Assembly (NCBI GenBank): GCA_040437565.1
Contig: JBDOQK010000024.1
Location: 310,001 to 374,000 of the forward strand
Direction of reading: 5' to 3'
Length of the DNA stretch: 64,000 nucleotides
Source of the DNA: Albugo candida
Taxonomy: Eukaryota
In this document: positions 13,234 through 23,458 of the stretch, piece by piece
Position numbering within the stretch: position 1 is the stretch's first letter
Layout of the letters: every line of letters begins with the position of its first letter
Made by a program: the position numbers and the translations under genes
Notes under the pieces: generated by a model
The model's database searches: none
The model's input: the letters and a program-made list of their open reading frames with translations, nothing else
Told to the model about the DNA's origin: nothing

Positions 13234-13839
13234 CTTAGCCGTCTATCCAGATTTGGTATGTGGAACACTCCCTTGGGTAACCATTGTACCACTCTTGCAA
13301 CGGAATATAACGTTCCATTTCCCAATTGCTTTCATATTGGCTCTGTCTGCATAAGTATGNNNNNNNNNNNNNNNNNNNNNNNNNNNNNNNNNNNNNNNNN
13401 NNNNNNNNNNNNNNNNNNNNNNNNNNNNNNNNNNNNNNNNNNNNNNNNNNNNNNNNNNNACTATGATATAGCTGAATTGAGAAGAATTACGTGGAAATCA
13501 TCCTGTTAGATCCCAGGCATGTGTATATTCGTACGTATAGTACACATCCTTGGTACATTTTTTTTATTATTCAATCTTGTGGTATTTTTATTTTATTTTT
13601 CATTTATCTTGGTGTATATTTTTTATAACCCCTTTATTTTAATAGGATTTGTATCTAATGAATTATATAATAGCGTGGCATCCAAATTGAGTCTTGCACG
13701 ATTGTCGAAGAGAAAGCATTTCACTGAAATAGAAAATTTACAGCAGCAAGTTTTTGCTAGAATTTCTCGATGATTCAGCTGTATAGATAGAAAGAAACAA
13801 AATACACTGATTACGTATCAAAGCCGAGCAATATTTGAT

Positions 13840-14192
13840 TTGAATGGAATTGCTGGCCAAAGCTCGAGTCTTCGCATGTATCTGAGCACGTGACATATAA
13901 AGTGAGCTATCATGATGAACGTAGAGTCTCTATATATACTTGCTGGGGCAAAAATAAGATGCATGGTGTCTTTGTTACGTTTTATCCTATGCGATCGGCG
14001 CACGTATCTTTGTCAAAGAAAACGAAGCGGTGTAGCACAATTGAAGATAGCTAGATGCAAGCGAGTGCTACAAAGACTGAAACACATAGGTTTGTTCCAC
14101 GGAAGATATAGGGAACAAAGAACTGTTGGAAGAACTTGACACAAAGCTATGAGCAGCTTTGTGTGCTTGTCAAGATGATAATATGACTGGAG
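13840..14192 (+). repeat. Diverged direct repeat, copy 2 (copy 1 at ~8530-8890)
   Basis: Colinear similarity to 8530-8890 at ~5.3-kb offset. Confidence 0.7.
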
Positions 14193-14886
14193 AGAGGGTA
14201 GTTCTTTTTAGATGAAACTGGGTCTGATGAATTCCGTGTTCGTCTTACTCGGGAGAGCTCTTCGTGTCACTCGTAGCTAAGGCGGAAATATCTAGAATGT
14301 AAAATGTACGTTTCCTTCAATCCGGGAATCCCAACTGGTCGTGGCAAGCTACATAAATCGTGTAAGTTGCAAATAGAGACTACTCATTAGCACACAAGAA
14401 TGCTGTTGCTAGGACCTTGCAACGTTCACTTCCGCAAGACTCCCAGTGGTTGTAATCTCTGTACGTGGTAGTATGGATTCTGTGATCACGAATGGATGGA
14501 CACTGTTCACAGTCTACACGACAATTAATAGTAACCCAAGCTAAGCTAGATGTCTTCCAAAATCAAAGATCACAGACTCCAGCATTATAAATATTGGCCC
14601 AACCTGAATGCACTTTTTGCACCACGAGATATTCATCCGTGGATAGGTCTGATTCCATTTTCGATGCCAATCCATTCTCAATGATAAAATAGCATGGGAT
14701 ACGTTGTGTTAAATAGTCGTAAACAGTTTTGATTCAGTCAAGTCGGGGTGAATATCTCTTCTGTGGCAAGGATCTGCATTTCTGCACACACGTTCGATTC
14801 ATAATCCTGGTTCATAAACAGGATTAGTATTGTTCTAGTTCTTTGAGCTATTACTACGTATCTCGAAGATAGCTATCATGCTGGAC

Positions 14887-16461
14887 TCAAGTGGGCCCTT
14901 GTGATGCCTCAGAGCTCACTGACTTTCGGCATATGACAACACGTTTCTCTCCGTGATCCAGCTTGTTACCCAGTTCAACATGTAACACGTCCATGTGTCT
15001 GAAATCAAAATCGTGAAATTCATCATGAGGATTTTCAAATGAAGTGGAAGTCATACTCTTTGACAAAGATTTGACACCGCGCTCAAGGTTTCTGAATTCC
15101 TGCTTGATAGGCTGTATAGGTGGTTGCACTTCTTGGAAAGACATCATTTCCCAATCTGTGGTACAGAAAAAAATGTGTTGTTTGATTTCCATACTTCCAT
15201 GAATTGTGCCTAACCGCTTCGATGGATTTCGGGATAAAAGACCTCGAGTCAGGTTCTCGGCTTCTGCTGATACATGATGCGGAAACTGTAATGGGCACTT
15301 GAGAATATTTCGTCTCATTTTTTCCAAGTTTTGGCAATACCAAGGGGGCAGGCCGGTGAGAAATTCGTACAATACAGCACCAAAGGACCACCAATCAACA
15401 GCTGTCCCATACTCGCAGCCTTCTAGAACCTCTGGTGCGACATATTCCCAGCTACCACATAACGTATTTGCTCCATTATTAGCTTCGGTCACGCCAAATT
15501 TGCTCAATCCAAAGTCGATCAATTTCAAGTGGCCAGATTCAGATAGTAGAATATTCTCCGGTTTCAAGTCTCGGTAAACAATTCCATGACGATGTAAGTG
15601 CTCGAGAGCCAATACCAGTTGAGCCGCATAGAATCTCGCAACTGTTTCGGTAAATCGACCAAGCATTTGCAAATGTGTGCATATTTCTCCTCCAGAACAA
15701 AACTCCGTCACTAATAACAAATAATTTGCTGTTTGGAAAGCCCAATGGAGATGAACCAACAATGGATGCTGAGTGCCCCCAAGAATATCACGCTCCGACA
15801 ATATCTTTGTGACCAGATTTTTCTCACGGATAGATTGCTTCGAAACAATCTTCATAGCGTATAGTTTTTGGGTCAGTTTGTGCCGAACCAAAACAACCAT
15901 TCCAGTTGCTCCTTTGCCCAGCACTCTGAGATACGCAAAATCGTGTGTTGTTGCCTTTGTTGAACCATTCGTATGGGGCGGATCGAGAGATGAAGCAATT
16001 AGAGTATCACTGTCAACTGCTATATCTTCAGATGCCAGGATTGCTCTCACTACTCTTGCACGACGCTTTACTCGAACAAGTTTCTCCTCACTACTATCGA
16101 CATTAGTCTCAACATGTCGAATTTGATGCCCTCTATCCGAAAATGCGCTTGGTAATTTCATGATATTGTCTGCCAAAGATGGATGAAGAGAATTTAACTC
16201 ATCATCAGAATCAGAGTCTGATAGGGATGCTGTATTGGAGTTTACCAAAAAAGGTAGCAGCTCAGATGAACATGTCCAAGTATTCATGAATAAAGGATTG
16301 CTTTTTTTATCACTGTGCCCGCAAAGATATTTCGAGCTGTTGCTTCCCATTGTCAGCTGTGATTGCTGCAGTCGAGTGGGTGTATAGTATACACCCATGC
16401 GGGTACCTTTTGAGCAAACGGTCCTTGAGGCTTTCATGGAGCTAATTCGGTGCTTATTCAT
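14887..16461 (-). CDS. AGC-family Ser/Thr protein kinase (S6K/PKB-like); start may be the internal Met at 16350
   Basis: GKGATGMV, YAMK, IVYRDLKPEN, DFGLSK, TLCGSWEYVAPE, VDWWSFG, and an AGC C-tail PPIQP...FHDFDF. Confidence 0.9.
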   Translation of the reverse strand: MNKHRISSMKASRTVCSKGTRMGVYYTPTRLQQSQLTMGSNSSKYLCGHSDKKSNPLFMNTWTCSSELLPFLVNSNTASLSDSDSDDELNSLHPSLADNIMKLPSAFSDRGHQIRHVETNVDSSEEKLVRVKRRARVVRAILASEDIAVDSDTLIASSLDPPHTNGSTKATTHDFAYLRVLGKGATGMVVLVRHKLTQKLYAMKIVSKQSIREKNLVTKILSERDILGGTQHPLLVHLHWAFQTANYLLLVTEFCSGGEICTHLQMLGRFTETVARFYAAQLVLALEHLHRHGIVYRDLKPENILLSESGHLKLIDFGLSKFGVTEANNGANTLCGSWEYVAPEVLEGCEYGTAVDWWSFGAVLYEFLTGLPPWYCQNLEKMRRNILKCPLQFPHHVSAEAENLTRGLLSRNPSKRLGTIHGSMEIKQHIFFCTTDWEMMSFQEVQPPIQPIKQEFRNLERGVKSLSKSMTSTSFENPHDEFHDFDFRHMDVLHVELGNKLDHGEKRVVICRKSVSSEASQGPT

Positions 16462-16612
16462 GTAAAGGTAGAATTCCTGTCAAACAGATAGTAAAAAAAA
16501 GATAGTTGATGTGGTTTCTGACGCACATTTAGTCAGGTGCGATCAATCGACCGCAATTAAATTCGGGATACATTAAGTCGATTAGTGCTTTCTCTCAAAT
16601 GTACAGCGATAG

Positions 16613-17152
16613 TTAGCCGGGTGGCCAGCCTAATTTACGGCCTCCCAGTAAGTGTATATGCAGATGATACACGGACTGACATCCATCCGGACCGTCATTA
16701 ATGACAATGCGAAATCCGTTTGCAAGCCCTTGATCTTGTGCAACTTTACGTGCAATATACATTAGATGTCCCAGTATTGGTTTATGACGTTCTTCTGCAG
16801 CTGAGAGTTGAGACAGTCCATCACTATCTTTAGGGATGATCAATATATGAACTGGAGCCTGAGGATGAACATCGTGAAAAGCAAGGCACTGGTCGTCTTC
16901 AAAAACAATCTTGGCAGGAATTTCTTTCCGAATAATTTTGTCAAATATTGTGACGCTTGGTTTGCCAGTTCCGGCTAGACCAGCAGCCGCATCTGCGTTT
17001 TCTCGTTCATTAGTGTGACTGCTCATATCTTGGCCATATAACTTGAGCGAAGTGGAGAATGCTGAATGATTTTCGAAATTGAACCGGTTACGAATACTGC
17101 GGCAACGATGCAGCGAGCTCGTCGCGTACTGAGCGAATCTAATCAGCCGCAT
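16613..17152 (-). CDS. HINT: Histidine triad nucleotide-binding protein (HINT family)
   Basis: [46 protein letters not shown]-terminal WPPG. Confidence 0.95.
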   Translation of the reverse strand: MRLIRFAQYATSSLHRCRSIRNRFNFENHSAFSTSLKLYGQDMSSHTNERENADAAAGLAGTGKPSVTIFDKIIRKEIPAKIVFEDDQCLAFHDVHPQAPVHILIIPKDSDGLSQLSAAEERHKPILGHLMYIARKVAQDQGLANGFRIVINDGPDGCQSVYHLHIHLLGGRKLGWPPG

Positions 17153-17331
17153 GTCAAATCCGCTAAACTGCTATACTTAATATCATACTATTTTGAACCA
17201 TGTCAAAGTTATCGTCACCCAGAACCAATCATACCACTTATTCCAACACCGCATTTAACTGCTACAAAAACTTCTTAAGAAAGCCGTTCAAATTGCTTGC
17301 AGCCAATAAAGCTATCACTTTCTAAAATAGG

Positions 17332-20300
17332 ATGGGTGAAGCGAAAACCGAACAATTGGACTCAACTCCTCCTGTGTCACTGCCTTCAGCGTCACCTATG
17401 AATGAGCAAAGAGGTCTCAGTGCAGATGATGTCGATCTACACAAAACAATGGAGGAGCTCGAGGATCCAGGCTTTTCTCTATATGTATTTCCACCAAATT
17501 GCACGACCGAATCAGATCGAATTCTTTTGGAGCATGTGACAGCTGCAGACACTGTGCTTTCATTACGTCAATTGGTTGCAGAGCACCCGCAAGTCGCAGC
17601 TTACACGTGTTACCATTTAGAGGCTGATATCAACAAGGAGGGTGAGCAACAATGCATTACTTTGAATGATTTTGTTGAATTGGGGGAGTATCCAGAAATC
17701 ATCGATCATGCAGAGATCAAGATGGTACTGGAGAAATACGATGCTCGTAAAGCCCGACAGCACGTGGGACGATTTCGAGAGATGCTGATAAATCCTCCGA
17801 TTCCACAAGCAGTTTTGACAGAATCCAATCAGACTACCATTGGAAAGAAGGCACGGACCAAGTCGATGCGTTCATCACGTGATGGAAAACTGTCCACGAA
17901 GAAGAAGAAAGGCACTTTAAAGTCGGAGGATGGACTTGAGACAAAAATTGCTACTTCTATGTCATCGCTTCATGCTGATCAAAAAGAGTCTTTATCTTAT
18001 GGGAAAGCTGACATTCCAAGCAAACTACCTCAAGTGTCAGATAAAGTCCATTCTACTCTAGATCAGATACAAATCCCTGTGGGTAACAATCTGGGTGATT
18101 ACTACACGATGACAACTTCTGGAGAAGACTTGTTCAAGTCAGAGAAGAGTGCAATTGGGCATGAAGAGGACGGAGGAGATTCTAAAAGTATGATCAAATT
18201 ACCGACCTGTATTCAAAGTATCGTGTTTTCCGGATTTAACCCACCGCCAGCTTCTCGTAAGCTCATAGGTGATCTGCTCTACTTGGAAATACAAGTAGAA
18301 GGAGAAGAATCCGTGCTTCATGTGACCTGCCATGTGGACGGATTTTTCATAAACCGGTCGTCACAAGGTCACTTTGACCCAAGATTACACAAGGTTCATG
18401 ACCATCGAGACCATTTGCTATTGAATGTTCTACGTCAAGCATCCTCAGTCTTTGAGACTTCATACCAATTGGTACTATCCAGAGCATCGATGCTAGCAAA
18501 AGAAGGCCCAGCTTCCATTCAATGGATGATAGCTGCCGGTAATGATATTGGGGGAAAGTTACCATGGATTACACCCAACAATGGATCACCTGAATCGCAC
18601 AAGTATGACAAGAATCGTGCTGAAGACGAATTATGCGCTTCTTATGGAATGGAAGAACGAGGAGTATTCCGTGATTGGAACGAAGAATACCAATGCTGCC
18701 GAGAGCTCCCGGCGACCACCTTGAAAGAAAAAATTGTACGAGCTAGAGTCATGTACAAGATCGTTACGGAATTTGTGGAAGCTGCTTCGCAAGGCGCGAT
18801 GGCAATAGTCGAAGGACACATTCCCCCGATCAACCCCATGGATGAGCCAAATGCTCATGTCTATGTATTCAATAACATCTTCTTCTCTCTTCCAGTAGAC
18901 GGAAAAAGCTCAGCTAAAGATGCTGCAAACCAAAATGATGAGGGAGGCTATTCTTCAGCGAATCGTGATTTACAAGGTGTTAAAGCTGTTAATGAAGCCG
19001 ACATCAGTGGTCTCTACACACTCGCTACCGCAATTGTTGATTATCTGGGCATCCGCGTGATAGCACAAAGTCTTATACCGGGAATCCTTCAAGGAGAGGC
19101 CGCATCCAAGCTCATTTACGGCTCAGTAGACGGAGGAAAAACGATCGCGTTTAATCCTAAAATGCACGAACTCATGCTTAAGGCAAGCGCGAAATTGCAT
19201 CTTGCGGAACGAGAAGTGCAACCGCTTGGGCTTGGATCACCACCAACAGATTCTGAACAAACAAACACGACCAAAACCTGCAGCAATAATGGAAGTGAGG
19301 AAATCAGCAAGGGGCAAGCCGGCACAGACATCGTAAAACTGTGTGGTCCGGTCGAAGCGAAAGGTATTCTTGGTTCAGATGGGAGGATGTACGCGCTTGA
19401 TTTGGTGAGAATTACTCCAAAAGACAGCACATTCTATGAACAGGAATCAGTGAGCAATATGAATGTTGACGGCTTACATTTTCAACGTGAGGACGACACT
19501 TATGTGGCGCTGCTTCGACCTGAACTGATCAATCTTTACGTATTGTGGCGCCGCAATCAGATTCGTCGAGCCAAACGCGATGTGAGCAGCGACACGAAAA
19601 AGTTGGACTTGAAAACGTCTGACGACAAAAAGGCACTAGAAGAAGGCATCGAAAATGGTGAAGGAACAGCAGTGAAGACGAAAGATCAACAAGCCCTGGA
19701 ATCTGCTAAAAGTCCGAGTGATCTGGAAAACACGAAAGATGTGAGCTTAGCAAACACAAACGAGAATGAACCTGCTCCAATACAGTTTAACCCCAATGTA
19801 TTCATGAAGTACGATGCTTGTGTTGACAAAGACCAAGCGGTAAAAGACGAGGCATTGGCAAGAGATGCAGCAGATTATCTACAGAAAGTTGTATTGCCGG
19901 CTTTTGTAGCGGATTTACGACGTGGGTCGATCTCTCCAGCGGATGGGTATTCTCTAGCGGAATTGATGCATTCGTGTGGGATAAATATGCGCTACCTTGG
20001 ACGTTTGGCATCACTGATTGCGAAATCTGAGACTTCTTCGGCTAGTAACACCGCTTACTTGTCAGAATTACTGGAAACGGAGATGCTTGCTCGTGCAACT
20101 AAGCACCTGATCTGCAGTATCGTTTCTTCCGATCCCGTTACTCGTGCTGCACCCGGTCAAGCCTTGATATGCATTCTGAATGCAATCTTTGGTGGTTGCG
20201 TGGACACCCACAGCAACAATGTTGCGTCTGAAGAAAAACAGACGCAAACTGAAAAGAAGATTGGGTCGAATCAAACAAGCAACGGGACGTCCACGAATGG

Positions 20301-21414
20301 AGTAGCAAAGCATCTTTCAGAAGAAATTGAGCAGCATCTTGATACCAGCGCAATTTGGACCAAGCTCAATGAGCACATCAAAAACCATTTCGACTTTGAA
20401 CTTTCTCTATGGGGTAGCCGTAACAATGACACGGCATTGAAGCGTGTGCATCCCCATGTCCTGTTGCGCCGCATATGTCAACATACGGGCCTCCGAGTTC
20501 GTAGTCGAGATTATGACTTCAAGATTGCTGCACCATTTACAATCACTGATATCACTGGTGTTGTTCCGATTGTGAAAGACTCTCTTCGAAATCATCCTCT
20601 TCCATTAGCCAAGCAACTTCTCGAGCGTGGGCGTTTCTATTTGAGTACCGGATCCTTAGCTTCTGCTTACGAGCTTCTTCAGGAATCATCAGCTCTACTA
20701 TTTCAAGTATGTGGAGCAGCGCACGAAGATGCCGCGCTTTGCAGTTCTTCTTTGGCGACAGTTTTGTATCATGCTGGTGATGTCGCAGGCGCAATTGCCC
20801 AACAGCAACGCGCGTTGATCCTCTACACGCAACTGAATGGAATCGATTATCACGACACCATCTTTGCACATGCCAATTTGGCTCTCTTTTTGCACGCCAA
20901 TAACCAGTCTGATCTTGCGGCTTTACACATGCGTCGATCTATTTACTTACTGGAACTTTGTGCTGGCACGAATTCTCCAGAACTTGGCTCATTATACTTC
21001 AAATTGGGAATGATATGCCAGGACGCCGGTCATCTCGCTCTCGCACTCAAATGCCATCAAGAGTCTCTCCGTCGCGGTGATTCGGATTGTTTGCAGTCCG
21101 CAACGACGTATCATCAAATGGCGCTTGCGTGTGCTCTGGTGGGTGATTTTCGCGAAGCATTAAGTCATGAGAAAAAGGTATACGCCATTTACAAAGAGAT
21201 TCTCGGCGAGAAGGAAACGCACACGTTGGAGTCGGCGAAATTTATGACTCGTTTTACAGAGAAGGCGGTAGAGGGAGCTAAAGGACGTCGAGAAGTGGAT
21301 GCTGCAGCTGCCGCTGATGCAATCGCAAAGCAATTGCTGCAAGAGCTGGACCAGAGCACTTGTACAGGAAAGAAGAAAAAGGTCAAGAAAGGAAAGCAAT
21401 CGATTACGAAATAA
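17332..21414 (+). CDS. CLU1: Clustered mitochondria protein (CLU1/CLUH/TIF31)
   Basis: CLU domain motifs FNPPPASRKLIGDLLYL, RDWNEEYQ, IVDYLGIRVIAQS, GILGSDGRMYALDL, MHSCGINMRYLG, and C-terminal TPR repeats. Confidence 0.93.
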   Translation: MGEAKTEQLDSTPPVSLPSASPMNEQRGLSADDVDLHKTMEELEDPGFSLYVFPPNCTTESDRILLEHVTAADTVLSLRQLVAEHPQVAAYTCYHLEADINKEGEQQCITLNDFVELGEYPEIIDHAEIKMVLEKYDARKARQHVGRFREMLINPPIPQAVLTESNQTTIGKKARTKSMRSSRDGKLSTKKKKGTLKSEDGLETKIATSMSSLHADQKESLSYGKADIPSKLPQVSDKVHSTLDQIQIPVGNNLGDYYTMTTSGEDLFKSEKSAIGHEEDGGDSKSMIKLPTCIQSIVFSGFNPPPASRKLIGDLLYLEIQVEGEESVLHVTCHVDGFFINRSSQGHFDPRLHKVHDHRDHLLLNVLRQASSVFETSYQLVLSRASMLAKEGPASIQWMIAAGNDIGGKLPWITPNNGSPESHKYDKNRAEDELCASYGMEERGVFRDWNEEYQCCRELPATTLKEKIVRARVMYKIVTEFVEAASQGAMAIVEGHIPPINPMDEPNAHVYVFNNIFFSLPVDGKSSAKDAANQNDEGGYSSANRDLQGVKAVNEADISGLYTLATAIVDYLGIRVIAQSLIPGILQGEAASKLIYGSVDGGKTIAFNPKMHELMLKASAKLHLAEREVQPLGLGSPPTDSEQTNTTKTCSNNGSEEISKGQAGTDIVKLCGPVEAKGILGSDGRMYALDLVRITPKDSTFYEQESVSNMNVDGLHFQREDDTYVALLRPELINLYVLWRRNQIRRAKRDVSSDTKKLDLKTSDDKKALEEGIENGEGTAVKTKDQQALESAKSPSDLENTKDVSLANTNENEPAPIQFNPNVFMKYDACVDKDQAVKDEALARDAADYLQKVVLPAFVADLRRGSISPADGYSLAELMHSCGINMRYLGRLASLIAKSETSSASNTAYLSELLETEMLARATKHLICSIVSSDPVTRAAPGQALICILNAIFGGCVDTHSNNVASEEKQTQTEKKIGSNQTSNGTSTNGVAKHLSEEIEQHLDTSAIWTKLNEHIKNHFDFELSLWGSRNNDTALKRVHPHVLLRRICQHTGLRVRSRDYDFKIAAPFTITDITGVVPIVKDSLRNHPLPLAKQLLERGRFYLSTGSLASAYELLQESSALLFQVCGAAHEDAALCSSSLATVLYHAGDVAGAIAQQQRALILYTQLNGIDYHDTIFAHANLALFLHANNQSDLAALHMRRSIYLLELCAGTNSPELGSLYFKLGMICQDAGHLALALKCHQESLRRGDSDCLQSATTYHQMALACALVGDFREALSHEKKVYAIYKEILGEKETHTLESAKFMTRFTEKAVEGAKGRREVDAAAAADAIAKQLLQELDQSTCTGKKKKVKKGKQSITK

Positions 21415-22548
21415 TGATTATTTCCAATAGAATTATTTGAAAATATCTGAGCTATTTGTGATTTCGTAAACGTCACGGCGTCCATGTCGCGCCGATTATT
21501 GAGCATTTCACCCGATGGTTGAAATGAAGCGGTATCCCCATCGCAGCAAACTTTTCTGAGTCAACATTCTTTGCCAGCCCCTCGCTGTGAGTGTAAGCTC
21601 AGCCGAACCCCAGACGTAGTTTGTTGGCTGGATTTTACAGATTCTTCTCGCGATTAGTGCATTCTTTTGCCAGCAGAAACGTGCGGTGCGAGCGAAGAAC
21701 TTTCCTCGAAGAGACAACTTAAACGGCTCTGATGGTAATCACTTAGATCTAAGGTCAAATTTATTGCGTTCGTGGTCTCGAACTCATCAGGGTTTGATGC
21801 CCATACAGACAGCGATGGCCAGGTAAATCGATGAAGCCACGACGATTGGATTGCATTCCATTGGTGGCATTACATTTGAAGTTAGATGTTTCTTTGCTCT
21901 GGATATTTGAGACCATTTCATTCGTAAACGACAGCACCAATGTGTTGATTGAAAAAGCGTTGGACCTTCTGCGTCGATTGCTTGTTCTGATAGCTTACAA
22001 GAAGCTGACTTGAACCGATATCGTAAATACTTGTAGTGACTCCACCGATTCAAAGCATCTAAGCATTGAACATTATGCAATTCGGGGAAAGAGACATATA
22101 AATACCTCTTTCCATCTAGTTGCTAGTGNNNNNNNNNNNNNNNNNNNNNNNNNNNNNNNNNNNNNNNNNNNNNNNNNNNNNNNNNNNNNNNNNNNNNNNN
22201 NNNNNNNNNNNNNNNNNNNNNNNNNNNNTTTCAGCTAAAGCCACATCGTCTAGCGTCACAATATCATCCGAGGGGCGAGTATCATTTTTCTCTCGTCAAT
22301 TATTCTATCATATGTGGTACGAAAGAAACAAAGGTGATGCGTTCTTCTAGCAGTTGACCTACGCGGTATTTGTCTCGGGTTCGAATACGTCTCCTGAGAA
22401 AGTGAATTTGAAGCAAAAGGATGTGCTGGCGTGATGACGTAAACGCAATAAAGAAAAAGACCCGGCATCCATACGGGAACACGCATCCTTTCAAGATCGT
22501 CCCAACAGAACAACAGCGCTCAAATTTATCCAATCCCAATTCTGTAAA

Positions 22549-23458
22549 ATGCATCGTATGTTTGGGCAGAAAAATGGCGACAAGCTTGATATCTCCACCG
22601 TGGCGACAAATGTCGATGGAAGAGTCGCTGTCTTGGATGAGAAAGTAACATAAAATGATATCTGCATATATTCTTCATGCCTTAGATGTTTCGCTGGGTA
22701 GATTGCTCAATTGAATAAAGATGTAATGAAGTACAAACAGCAAGTACGCTGCTGACAATAAGTAAGGCTATTCTGATGAGATGATCCCGTAGCTAGCTAG
22801 CTCAAAGAACAATGCTTCAATCAAGCGACAAGCGATACAGGCTCTGAAACGAAGGAAAATGTATGAGTCACAACGAGATAATCTTGTCGCACAATCTTTT
22901 AATATCGAACAAGCGAAATTTGCTCTCGAAACAAGCAAAGATACAAAGGAGACAGTGATTGCCATGAAGTATGCAAGTGCGGCCATGAGAGAAGATCAAA
23001 AAATAATCAACATTGATGAAATCGATGTCGGTCCCATTAGCTCTCTTGTCTTTCGGCATAACAGTGATTATTTATACTTCTAGTCTATTCATGATGACAT
23101 GGTGGAAATGCTCGAAGATATGGATGAAATTCAAAACTCACTCGGAAGGTCTTACGGGTACGATTACTTGGATTATGAATAATACGCGTTTAACATGCAT
23201 TGATTATCAATTAGGATTGGTAACGACATTGATGAATCCGAACTTGAAGCAGAATTGACTAATTTGGAAGACGAATGGGAAGAAGAAAAGCTTCAGGATG
23301 AAACTAGACAGCCTATACCAAGCTACTTGCAACCCAATTCGAAGGTTACCGCTACAGAAGGTTCATCAGTCATTTCGTCAAATCCTTTACGTGCTTCTAC
23401 TCGCACGATGGAAGAGACGGCATTACCGATAATGTCAGCTCATCAAATGGCGTCGTAG
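22549..23458 (+). CDS. CHMP5: ESCRT-III Snf7-family protein CHMP5/Vps60 (multi-exon)
   Basis: Spliced translation MHRMFGQK...VDGRVAVLDEK|IAQLNKDVMKYKQQ|...IKRQAIQALKRRKMYESQRDNLVAQSFNIEQAKFALE...|IHDDMVEMLEDMDEIQNSLGRSY|...DIDESELEAELTNL; GT-AG introns. Confidence 0.85.

Noticed and set aside
21430-22500. Coding-looking minus-strand sequence between CLU1 and CHMP5
   Set aside because: Stops in all frames, no recognisable domain, no consistent splice model.
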